From: Candidatus Binatia bacterium
Lineage (GTDB): Bacteria > Desulfobacterota > Binatia > UBA9968
NCBI GenBank assembly: GCA_035762645.1
Contig: DASTOD010000023.1
Location: 1 to 53,957 of the forward strand
Direction: 5' to 3'
Length of the DNA: 53,957 nucleotides
This document shows, one piece after another, positions 41,002 to 49,011 of the stretch (position 1 is its first letter; each line of letters opens with the position of its first letter). A program made the translations under genes and the position numbers. Under the pieces are notes generated by a model that did no database searches, was not told where the DNA came from, and was given only the letters and a program-made list of their open reading frames with translations.

Positions 41002-41940
41002 ATGAGTATACCGATGGCTAAAACAGAACTTAAAACGCGGGGCCCGGGCGGGCCGCGACCCGAGCGCGGCAAGCTCACCATCAAGGACTTCAAGGGCAAG
41101 AGCGAACCCGACTGGTGCCCCGGCTGCGGCGACTTCGGCGTGTTGAGCGCCTTGAAGCAAGCGATCGCAGAGTTGGGTCTTTACCCGCACGAGGTGATGG
41201 TCATTAGCGGGATCGGCTGCTCCTCAAACCTCCCCGGCTATATCAATACGTACGGCATGCACACACTGCACGGCCGCGCGCTCGCCGTCGCCACGGGAGC
41301 GCAGCTTGCGAACCATACACTCAAGGTCATTGCCACGGGCGGCGACGGCGATGGCTACGGAATCGGCGGGAACCACTTCGTCCACTCGATGCGGCGCAAT
41401 GTGGATCTCACCTACATCGTAATGGACAACCAGATCTACGGGCTGACCACGGGTCAGATCTCGCCCACGAGTCTCAAGGACATGAAAACGAAAAGCACGC
41501 CTTTCGGTAGCGTGGAAAATCCCATCAATCCTATACCGCTAGCGATCGCCGCGGGAGCGACCTATGTAGCGCGCGGGTATACGGGGCAGGTGAAGCATCT
41601 GGTGGATTTGATCAAGGGCGGCATTCAACATAAGGGCTTTGCTTTGATCGATGCCTTCAGCCCATGCGTGACCTACAACCATGATAACAGCCACGAGTTT
41701 TTCAAGCAGAGGACCAAGAAGCTGGAGGAGATAGGCCACGATCCGACGGATTTTGGCGCGGCTATGAAGCAGGGTTATATGTGGGGCGAGGTGATTCCCA
41801 TCGGTCTTTTCTGGAAACGTGAGGATCTGCCGAGCCTCGATCAGCTGGAGCCGGTCCTCGAGGAAGGCGGTCCTCTTTCCCATCGCTCCCTCGGCGTGCC
41901 TCCGGAGACCGCCCAAGCGCTCATCAGGGAACTGATGTAG
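41002..41940 (+). CDS. korB: 2-oxoacid:ferredoxin oxidoreductase, beta subunit (TPP-binding)
   Basis: It contains DWCPGCGDFGVLSAL, ...GGDGDGYGIGGNH... (TPP motif) and ...YIVMDNQIYGLTTGQ. An AAGGAG SD precedes the ATG at 41002. The track ORF 40558..41940 is an out-of-context upstream extension overlapping korA. Confidence 0.9.
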   Translation: MSIPMAKTELKTRGPGGPRPERGKLTIKDFKGKSEPDWCPGCGDFGVLSALKQAIAELGLYPHEVMVISGIGCSSNLPGYINTYGMHTLHGRALAVATGAQLANHTLKVIATGGDGDGYGIGGNHFVHSMRRNVDLTYIVMDNQIYGLTTGQISPTSLKDMKTKSTPFGSVENPINPIPLAIAAGATYVARGYTGQVKHLVDLIKGGIQHKGFALIDAFSPCVTYNHDNSHEFFKQRTKKLEEIGHDPTDFGAAMKQGYMWGEVIPIGLFWKREDLPSLDQLEPVLEEGGPLSHRSLGVPPETAQALIRELM

Positions 41941-41943
41941 GCG

Positions 41944-42008
41944 ACCGACGACAGACCACCGACTACAGACGACAGACCGTCAGGTTTGCGTGCTTCGTCT
42001 GTAGTACT
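41944..42008. repeat. Hairpin of the GACTACAGACGA word family, downstream of korB
   Basis: actacagacga (41962-72) pairs perfectly with tcgtctgtagt (41995-42005). It is flanked by gaccgacgacagaccacc. Confidence 0.7.
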
Positions 42009-42249
42009 CCGCTGTTGTTCGACACGGTCGTGAAAAGGGATTCATCCAGTCTTCCCGCTGTCCACTCTACTTCGTTGGGCGAAAATAGTTTCTTGTGCCG
42101 AGTTGCGTGTTTCTACTTCCCTCCCGTTTATCCCGAGTCCCTCGTTACAGCCTTATGGGCCTACTCGGGACACCGTAAACCCCGAGTAGCGCGCAGCGCG
42201 TATCGAGGGGAACCTGAAACCAGCAACCTGAAACAAGAAACGAGGTAAC

Positions 42250-43599
42250 ATGAGCGCAGCGATCATTACCAACGCTCTGATCATTCCGATGACCGAGGAG
42301 CGGAAGTCGTTCAACGGATTCGTCCGTTTCAGGGACGGCCTCATTACGGAGGTGAGCACGGGCTCGCCGCGAGAATGGATCCAGTCGGAACAGATAATCG
42401 ACGCTAGGGGGTTCGTTCTGATGCCCGGTCTGGTCAACGCCCACACGCACCTCTACCAAGTCTTGCTGCGCGCGGTGTGGGAGGATCTACCGCTCATGGC
42501 CTGGCTCAAGAGCATTTACGGCGCGGCCCAAGTTCTTCGGCCCGAGCATTTCTACGCCGGAAGTTTGCTCGGCTGCGCTGAGGCGATTCAAAGCGGCGTG
42601 ACGACCGTTTGCGAGCACAATTTTCTCAATCCTCACCCGGACTGCGCATCTGAAACGATTCGCGCCATCAGCGAATCAGGGCTCCGCGCCGTGTTTGCGC
42701 GAACAGTGATGGACGCCGGTGAAATCGTGCCGGACTGCGTCAAAGAAAGACCGGAACAAGCATTCCGTCATGTCGAGGACCTCCTTACCGCCAACGGCGG
42801 AAACGATCGGCTTGCTATCATGACGGGTCCCAATACCCCGCCGCTGAACACGACTCCGGCGCTGCTGAAGGAGATCCGGCGCTTTGCCGAGGAGAGATCG
42901 CTCGGCATCAGCGCCCACGTCGCGGAATCGAAATCAGTGGTAGAGTTCACTCGGGAGAAGCACGGCAAATCAGGCGTTGTCGAATTTCTCGACGACTACG
43001 GCATTCCCGGTCCGGCTGCGCTATTTGCGCACTGCGTCCACGTGTCGGATTCTGAGATCGGTATTCTCAAAGAACGCGGCGCGTCCGTGTCGCACAACCC
43101 GGTCAGCAACATGATGTTGGGTGACGGGGTCGCGCCGGTCATCGAAATGCTTAGACGGGGAGTGAACGTCGCCCTGGGTACGGACGGCGCGGCCAGCAAC
43201 CACTCGCAGGATCTTTTTGAAACCATGAAATGCGCCTCTCTGCTGCAAAAAGTTCACCATCAGGACGCGAGCGTTATAGACCCCTATACGGTGTTGCGCA
43301 TGGCGACCGGTGGCGGAGCGAGCGCTCTGGGTCTATCGGCCTGCGGAACGATCGAGGTAGACAAAAAAGCGGATCTGATTCTGATTAATCTGGAGAGGAT
43401 CCATGATCAGCCGGTCAATGACACCTTCAGCCAGCTGGTGCATTGCGCCAAAGCGAGCGACGTCGAGACCGTCATCGTAGACGGCGAGATCGTGATGAAA
43501 CAAAGACAGCTGCTGCGCTTGAACGAAGTACAAATCCTTGAGCAAGCCAAAAGAGCAAACATCGACCTCATGGAGCGGCTGCGGCCGCTCTCGTTCTAA
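42250..43599 (+). CDS. Amidohydrolase of the TRZ/ATZ-MtaD/SsnA deaminase-chlorohydrolase group
   Basis: The metal-binding motif is LMPGLVNAHTHLYQ. Also present are ...ISAHVAES..., FAHCVHVSDSEI and ...ALGTDGAASN... Confidence 0.85.
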   Translation: MSAAIITNALIIPMTEERKSFNGFVRFRDGLITEVSTGSPREWIQSEQIIDARGFVLMPGLVNAHTHLYQVLLRAVWEDLPLMAWLKSIYGAAQVLRPEHFYAGSLLGCAEAIQSGVTTVCEHNFLNPHPDCASETIRAISESGLRAVFARTVMDAGEIVPDCVKERPEQAFRHVEDLLTANGGNDRLAIMTGPNTPPLNTTPALLKEIRRFAEERSLGISAHVAESKSVVEFTREKHGKSGVVEFLDDYGIPGPAALFAHCVHVSDSEIGILKERGASVSHNPVSNMMLGDGVAPVIEMLRRGVNVALGTDGAASNHSQDLFETMKCASLLQKVHHQDASVIDPYTVLRMATGGGASALGLSACGTIEVDKKADLILINLERIHDQPVNDTFSQLVHCAKASDVETVIVDGEIVMKQRQLLRLNEVQILEQAKRANIDLMERLRPLSF

Positions 43600-43617
43600 G
43601 ATCGAGCAATTTGTCCT

Positions 43618-44232
43618 TCACGGGCTTTCTTGTTGCGACGCTGATTTCCCTGCGTGCTGCACCAGCCGTTCCAGCTCGCCATAGGGCTGGGCGCCGACCA
43701 TGAGATAGCGGCCGGCAAGGAAGGTCGGCACGGCGTGGACCCCGATAGCGGCGCACCGTCGCCAGTCTTCATCGACCGCCTTCTCATAGGTCCGGCTCCG
43801 TAAGACATCAGTTGCTTCGTCCGCGGGCAATCCCACGTCCGCCGCAATCTGGCTGAGGACTTCTGTCTTACCGATATTCTTGGCGTCGACGAAATAGGCG
43901 CGGAAAAGGGCGTCGTTCATCGGTTGCGCCTTGCCGTGCGATTCGGCCCATTTCGCCAGCTCTTGCGCGAGCCGGCTGTTGTACGACATGTTGCGCTCGA
44001 CATTGTAGGGCAATCCCTCGCGATCCATATTCATCTTCATCTGCTGATTCCGAGCGGCATATTCCGGTCCGCGCTCGTTGCCTTCTTCCGGAGTTTCCGG
44101 ATGGAGAGGAAAATGCGTGAACTTGATCGCGAGATCGTAGTTGGCTTTGAGTTTCTCGACACGCCCGGTGACGAGATAGCACCACGGTCAAACGAAATCG
44201 GAAAAAACTTCAAGAACGAGCGGTTCCGCCAT
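43618..44232 (-). CDS. DsbA/FrnE-like thiol:disulfide oxidoreductase with an in-frame TGA (44190..44188) at the first Cys of CxxC; probable selenoprotein (U-P-W-C)
   Basis: A GGGAGG SD lies 5 nt upstream of ATG 44232. The frame reads MAEPLVLEVFSDFV-TGA-PWCYLVTGRVEKLKANYDLAIKF... and continues in the same frame into track ORF 43618..44040. A SECIS-like hairpin starts 11 nt after the TGA. Confidence 0.7.
44154..44176 (-). promoter_or_regulatory. Candidate bacterial SECIS hairpin
   Basis: The mRNA sequence UCUCG-U-CAC-CGGGC-GUG-U-CGAGA gives 5+3 bp, a U.U mismatch and a G-containing 5-nt apical loop. Its first nucleotide lies 11 nt after the UGA. Confidence 0.5.
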
Positions 44233-44304
44233 GATAGCCTCCCATTGTGGCTCTGCTGCTTAGATTCTACGTTTCCGGTTCGCAGAAAGTCAAAGGGGAG
44301 GACT

Positions 44305-44398
44305 CTTGGCTTATGGCGTATGGCTTATAGCTTATAGTTAAATCCCAATTCAAAATACCAGAAACGTGGAATGGCATAAGCTATCAGCTATATGCCAT
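44305..44398. repeat. TATGGC/ATAGC-word hairpin, with the right arm overlapping the DUF488 stop region
   Basis: cttggcttatggcgtatggcttatagcttatag (44305-37) faces atggcataagctatcagctatatgccat (44371-98). Confidence 0.65.
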
Positions 44399-44939
44399 TA
44401 GTGACTGGATAGAAAATCTTCTTCCCTTTCGGGCGGGCAAAGGGCGGCAACCGATGCGCATGACAGCCGTCGTCCAAAATATGGCGCGCCGGGAAGCCGC
44501 GAACAAGAAGGGCATCGGCCAGGAGCTGGCGATGACAACGCCATGGAACGGCTTCCGCGCACATGATCGCGAGTCGCTTGTTCTCGGCGAGCGCTTCCAT
44601 CTCCTTCATGATGGCATCGAATTCCGGCGTGAGCATGAAATCAGCGTAGCCACGAAACGCTCCTACCTTCCACGCTCCATTCGGCGAATCGCGCCCGGGT
44701 TGGCGGAATCCGCCGAGGTCGCCGCGCCAGATGTAATCGATGCCGCGACTCTCCACCAACGCGGCCAACGCCTCGCGGCGAAACTGCGAATGGCGTTTTG
44801 ATACGGGCCAGCGCCGCACATCGACAAGCAGCTCGATTGTATGCGCTGCCAGTAAATTCATGAAGGCGTCGATTGGGCGCGTGGAATGGCCGATGGTATG
44901 CACAGCTCGTGGCGAATCGCAGCTCATGATGATCAACAT
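44388..44939 (-). CDS. DUF488 family protein
   Basis: It contains VHTIGHSTRPIDAFMNLLAAHTIELLVDVRRWPVSKRHSQFRREAL...LAIMCAEAVPWRCHRQLLAD, the conserved DUF488 pattern. Confidence 0.8.
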   Translation of the reverse strand: MLIIMSCDSPRAVHTIGHSTRPIDAFMNLLAAHTIELLVDVRRWPVSKRHSQFRREALAALVESRGIDYIWRGDLGGFRQPGRDSPNGAWKVGAFRGYADFMLTPEFDAIMKEMEALAENKRLAIMCAEAVPWRCHRQLLADALLVRGFPARHILDDGCHAHRLPPFARPKGKKIFYPVTNGI

Positions 44940-44990
44940 AACCGAACCATGGCTGATCTGAAAGATAAGGGGATGTGCTAGGATCGCGCC

Positions 44991-46187
44991 ATGTGGCGTT
45001 CCGTACCTCTGACACTCTTCTGGTTTTTCTACATGGGTTCTGTGGGGATTGTTCTTCCCTACTATAGCCTCTACCTAAAAGAGAATGCCGGCCTCTCGGG
45101 CACTCAGTTAGGCTGGGTGCTCGCCATCCTTCCGCTCGTAAGCGTCATCGCCCAACCGTTCTGGGGACAGGTTGCGGATCGGACCGGCGCGCGCAGCCGC
45201 ATGGTAGCGCTACTCTCGATCGGATCAGCCATGGGTTATTTGGCAATCGCAGCGGCGAAAGATTTTTGGTCTATTCTTTTCGCCACGGCAGCGCTCGCGA
45301 CTTTTGGAACCGCGGTGCTGCCTATTACCATCTCCGTAAGCTTGGCATTTCTGCGCGATGCCGGGCCGCACGCCTTCGGGTTCGTGCGGGTTTGGGGCAC
45401 CCTTGGATATTTTGTCTTGATCATCAGTTTTCCTTGGATTTTGAATCGCTACCAAGCCGCTCAAGGTCTGGTGGAACGGCAGGACATCTCTGATCCCGGG
45501 CTGGAGATCATGTTCATCGTGACGGCTGTGCTGACCGCGATCTCGGCCGTGATCGGCTTTTTTTTGCCCAAAGAAGGAGTTGTTGCCATGCGCGCGGCCA
45601 GAAGGGATTGGCGATCGCTGCTGGGCAATAGCGTGTACCTGCGGTTTCTAGCGTTTTCATTTCTAGCCTACCTTTTGTCGCAGGGACCCATGTGGCTTTT
45701 TCCCATTTTCGTACGCTCCCGCGGTGGAGATATCGAGGCGATTCGCAGCATGTGGATTTACATGCTCGCGGTTGAGATTCCTTTGGTGTTGGCCTCAGGT
45801 AGCGGTCTTCGGCACCTGGGCGCGCGCGGTCTTCTCGGCATCGGCGTATTCGTCGGTGGACTGCGCTGGACGCTGTGCGCCGTCACGACGGACCTGCAGC
45901 TCCTGTCCTACGTGCAGACGCTTCACGGCGTTACGGTCGTGGGTCTGCTCATGGGCGGACCGCTCTATCTCGACGGAATCGCGCCGGAGAAGCTCCGATC
46001 CACGGCTCAAGCCATGCTTTCCACGGTCGGTGTAGGGATCGCAGGGATCGCATCGAACCTGGGATCGGGATGGTTGCTGGACCATGCGGGGATTGACGCG
46101 CTCTATGCGGTCAGCGGGTTGGGTTCCGCTCTGCTCGGCTGCATTGTCTGGTGGATTCTTCCTTCTCCCGCCCGTGCCAAAGACTGA
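44991..46187 (+). CDS. MFS transporter (MFS_1_like/HcaT-like group)
   Basis: It contains LTLFWFFYMGSVGIVLPYYSLYLKENAGLSGTQLGWVLAILPLVSVIAQPFWGQVADRTGARSR and has 12 TM helices. Confidence 0.85.
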   Translation: MWRSVPLTLFWFFYMGSVGIVLPYYSLYLKENAGLSGTQLGWVLAILPLVSVIAQPFWGQVADRTGARSRMVALLSIGSAMGYLAIAAAKDFWSILFATAALATFGTAVLPITISVSLAFLRDAGPHAFGFVRVWGTLGYFVLIISFPWILNRYQAAQGLVERQDISDPGLEIMFIVTAVLTAISAVIGFFLPKEGVVAMRAARRDWRSLLGNSVYLRFLAFSFLAYLLSQGPMWLFPIFVRSRGGDIEAIRSMWIYMLAVEIPLVLASGSGLRHLGARGLLGIGVFVGGLRWTLCAVTTDLQLLSYVQTLHGVTVVGLLMGGPLYLDGIAPEKLRSTAQAMLSTVGVGIAGIASNLGSGWLLDHAGIDALYAVSGLGSALLGCIVWWILPSPARAKD

Positions 46188-46352
46188 CGACGATTTGTTT
46201 TTGGAATTGCCTGAATAAGATTTGTTCCAGCCCTGAGACGCCGGACGGATATTTTATCTAAAAATCCCGCCAGTGGGACAGGGTGCAACTACCTCGGCAA
46301 TGACTCAATCGTGCCGTTTTATCTGGCATGTTCCTTGCTCCGTCTCGATAAC

Positions 46353-46562
46353 ATGAATTTCATCTGCCAGCATTGCTGTGAGTTGAGAGTCGGCAGAACC
46401 TATCGGGTCACCAGCGAGGAAGAAGGCGTTCGGTTGCTGGACATGATAGTGTGCGACTCCTGCTACCGGCAGGCAAAGCGACTCGGGCTGCGGGCTGAAG
46501 AGATCGGCGTCAACGATCAATTCGATTCCCGTCCATTCGCGAAAAGCGCAACGGGCTCCTAG
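46353..46562 (+). CDS. Hypothetical small zinc-ribbon-like protein
   Basis: The sequence MNFICQHCCELRVGRTYRV...MIVCDSCYRQAKRLGL has two CxxC pairs. Third-position GC favours this frame over the overlapping minus-strand ORF. There is no clear SD and the start is uncertain (GTG 46311 is possible). Confidence 0.4.
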   Translation: MNFICQHCCELRVGRTYRVTSEEEGVRLLDMIVCDSCYRQAKRLGLRAEEIGVNDQFDSRPFAKSATGS

Positions 46563-46565
46563 GCA

Positions 46566-46625
46566 CATGGCTGATAGCTGATGGCGTATGGATTGAACCA
46601 TACGCTATAAGCCATAGGCTATCGG
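46566..46625. repeat. TATGGC/ATAGC-word hairpin
   Basis: In catggctgatagctgatggcgtatgg - attgaa - ccatacgctataagccataggctatcgg, the central 8 bp gcgtatgg/ccatacgc pair perfectly. Confidence 0.7.
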
Positions 46626-47788
46626 CCGAGTGCGCCATCCAAACCCGTTTTCAAATCACTGTACAGTAGTCGGTGAAACAGGTGTTCTCCCGCCTCGCGG
46701 CGGACTGACAGTCGCCCGGCCACATAAGCCGGCGAGGCGAGCCCCCGCTGGACTGAGCTGCAGATCGCGGCGTCCTCCTCCTGTATTCGCTCGCTCGCGG
46801 CGATGCTCGCGAGGTCGCGTTCCCGGGCTCGCTCGGAAATATCGGCGAAGTAAAAGTCGAAGATGATTTCCGTCCGATCCACTCCGCTCGGACAGACGAG
46901 GTTCGTGTCCAGGACCCCTCGGTACGCGTTGACCATAAGATTTGGATAGATCCAATAGTAGCGGGCTCGGTTTCCTTTACGGACGGCGCTCATGCGAACA
47001 TCACCTCCGCGCTTGGTGATCGGACTGGACTGGAGGCAGAAACGCTCGCCGGTTTCAATCGTGTATTGGCTGCGGTCTAGAACGCTGCTCAGGCCTCGAT
47101 GGAGGAGAGGCACGTGATAGCCGCCGTCGAGGTAGTTGTCAACGAAAATTTTCCAGTTGCAGTTAAGGCTGTATCGCCGCCGTTCCAACCAGTGGAGCTT
47201 TTCCAAGCCCAAGCGCCGTATTGGGTTCATCAGAGCACCGCTCAAAAATTCCGCAAGCGAGGATCCAACGGCTTCAAGCTTTACGAATACCCACTTTTCC
47301 CAAACGTCTACTTGAACGGGGACCAGACCCGTCATCGCGCGATCAAAGTTGCAGACGCCGGCAAAATCCGGTGTTCCTTTCAGCTCTCCTTTCAGTGTGT
47401 ATGTCCAGCCATGATACGGGCAGCGCAGATTCTGGGTCTTCCCCTCCGACCGTGGCATCACGATGGCGGCATGGTGGCGGCAGACATTGAAGAAGCCGCG
47501 AAGAACGCCATCGTTTCCTCGGACGACCAGGACCGGTTCGCCGGCAATATCGCAGGTCAGATACTCACCCGCTCGGCGCACCTGATCCACGCGTCCCGCC
47601 AACTGCCACGAGCGGGAAAAAACGGTGCGACGCTCTAGCTGTAATACCCGCGGATCCACATACCACGGTGCCGGGATCGTGGATGCCTCAGCGAGAGGAG
47701 ACTCGGCGCGGTAGCTTTCGACGATCTCTTTAACCGAGTCTCGGGTCTCGTGTCTCGCGTTGGCAGAGTTGGTGCTCGTTTTGGTCAT
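46619..47788 (-). CDS. Rieske [2Fe-2S] non-haem-iron oxygenase, alpha subunit-like
   Basis: The Rieske motif is CRHHAAIV...CPYHGWTY. The C-terminal catalytic domain contains NWKIFVDNYLDGGYHVPLLH. The first roughly 18 codons overlap a CGAGAC-word repeat, so the exact start is uncertain. Confidence 0.9.
   Translation of the reverse strand: MTKTSTNSANARHETRDSVKEIVESYRAESPLAEASTIPAPWYVDPRVLQLERRTVFSRSWQLAGRVDQVRRAGEYLTCDIAGEPVLVVRGNDGVLRGFFNVCRHHAAIVMPRSEGKTQNLRCPYHGWTYTLKGELKGTPDFAGVCNFDRAMTGLVPVQVDVWEKWVFVKLEAVGSSLAEFLSGALMNPIRRLGLEKLHWLERRRYSLNCNWKIFVDNYLDGGYHVPLLHRGLSSVLDRSQYTIETGERFCLQSSPITKRGGDVRMSAVRKGNRARYYWIYPNLMVNAYRGVLDTNLVCPSGVDRTEIIFDFYFADISERARERDLASIAASERIQEEDAAICSSVQRGLASPAYVAGRLSVRREAGEHLFHRLLYSDLKTGLDGALGR
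47735..47763. repeat. CGAGAC-word repeat, half element, inside the annotated 5' end of the Rieske gene
   Basis: cgagtctcgggtctcgtgtctcgcgttgg closely matches the left arm of 35831-35920. Confidence 0.6.
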
Positions 47789-47804
47789 TTTAGGGAATCC
47801 AAAA

Positions 47805-47848
47805 CCCCCACAAAATCTCCCTTTTCAAAGGGGGAGACAAAGAGGGGT
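47805..47848. repeat. CCCC..TCTCCC / GGGGGAGA..GAGGGG hairpin between the VOC and Rieske genes
   Basis: The stem is cccccacaaaatctccctttt, loop ca, aaagggggagacaaagaggggt. Confidence 0.65.
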
Positions 47849-47911
47849 CAGAGGGACGTCGAATTATGTCAGCGACTTACGGCACATCGGGGAGTTGTCT
47901 TCGGCGCGCTT

Positions 47912-48724
47912 TCAATCCGTAAGGTCGAGTAATATGCCGTCCGGATCGGAAAGCGCATGGCGGCAGAGTTTGCACGCTTCGAGATTTTTCTGCCGCGTCG
48001 CACCGTCGCGCCCGATCGCGATTTTTCGCGCCGCAGAGGTTGGTTCGGCAGCGGACAGGGAGTCAATGTCCTGTTTCGTTTTCTCGAGATTTTCCACTTT
48101 AAAGCCGAAATGATCCAGGCCGGCCCATAACCCTCGATAAGAAACCATATCCCAGGGTTTCAACGCCAAACTTACTTTGCCGTCCGAAAGATAATAGGTG
48201 TTGTCACCCGACAAGCCCTCCACCGGCCGCAATTCGAAGACCTTCTGATAATATTCAGCGAGATACGCCGGGCGAGTGCTGCGGATCGCGATGTGATTGA
48301 TCCAGCGCGGTTGATCCCAGCCTCCTTCCAAATAGCCCTCACGGACGTTCGCCATTCCCTTCTGCGAGAGATCAAATTGATTACCGTCGGGATCGTGGGT
48401 CCTCAGGCCGGCGAAAGGCACATGGCTTTGGCTTTGCGCGACGAACACGTCGGGATAAAACTGCTTTAGCCGGTCGCGCACTTTCTGAACATCCTCCACC
48501 TCTAGACCGAAGTGATCCAGTCCCGCGCTGAAACCGGGCTGCCGCTGCAGCAGGGCGAGGCCGATTACCCCGTCGCTCAGATGACCCCGGTCTTTATCAT
48601 AATTGCCGTGCTCATCGGTCATTCCCTCGGTTATTTTTTTCATGCCGAAAACCGTCTTGTAGAAAATAGCCTCCCGGGCGTGGTTTTCCGTCTGGACGGC
48701 GATGTGTCTAATTTTTGTAAACAT
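47912..48724 (-). CDS. Two-domain VOC family protein (paralogue of 32344..33144)
   Basis: It contains MFTKIRHIAVQTENHAREAIFYKTVFGMKK...GLDHFGLEVEDVQKVRDRLKQFYPDV...INHIAIRSTRPAYLAEYYQKVF...LDHFGFKV. An AGGAGG SD precedes ATG 48724. Confidence 0.8.
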   Translation of the reverse strand: MFTKIRHIAVQTENHAREAIFYKTVFGMKKITEGMTDEHGNYDKDRGHLSDGVIGLALLQRQPGFSAGLDHFGLEVEDVQKVRDRLKQFYPDVFVAQSQSHVPFAGLRTHDPDGNQFDLSQKGMANVREGYLEGGWDQPRWINHIAIRSTRPAYLAEYYQKVFELRPVEGLSGDNTYYLSDGKVSLALKPWDMVSYRGLWAGLDHFGFKVENLEKTKQDIDSLSAAEPTSAARKIAIGRDGATRQKNLEACKLCRHALSDPDGILLDLTD

Positions 48725-49011
48725 CGGTGTAGGCCCTCCTTCGCTGCAAATTCTTTTCAAAGATGGCGATGTCTGTCAACAGTGAACGGGGTTACCTCGC
48801 GGGGCGAGTCAGACAATTTTGTGCCGATCTCCTTTCCGATTGTGCAGGCACGCAGTGATCGCGATGTCATGCTGACGGTCGTTGAAGTCTAAGGCCTTAA
48901 ATTTATTGTCGTAATTGATAAGCCGCCACGTTCAAGGTCTTCAAAATCATTGGCATATAATATGCACCATAGCCGAATTTATTTACTGTCATTGTTTCTT
49001 CACGGCACCGA

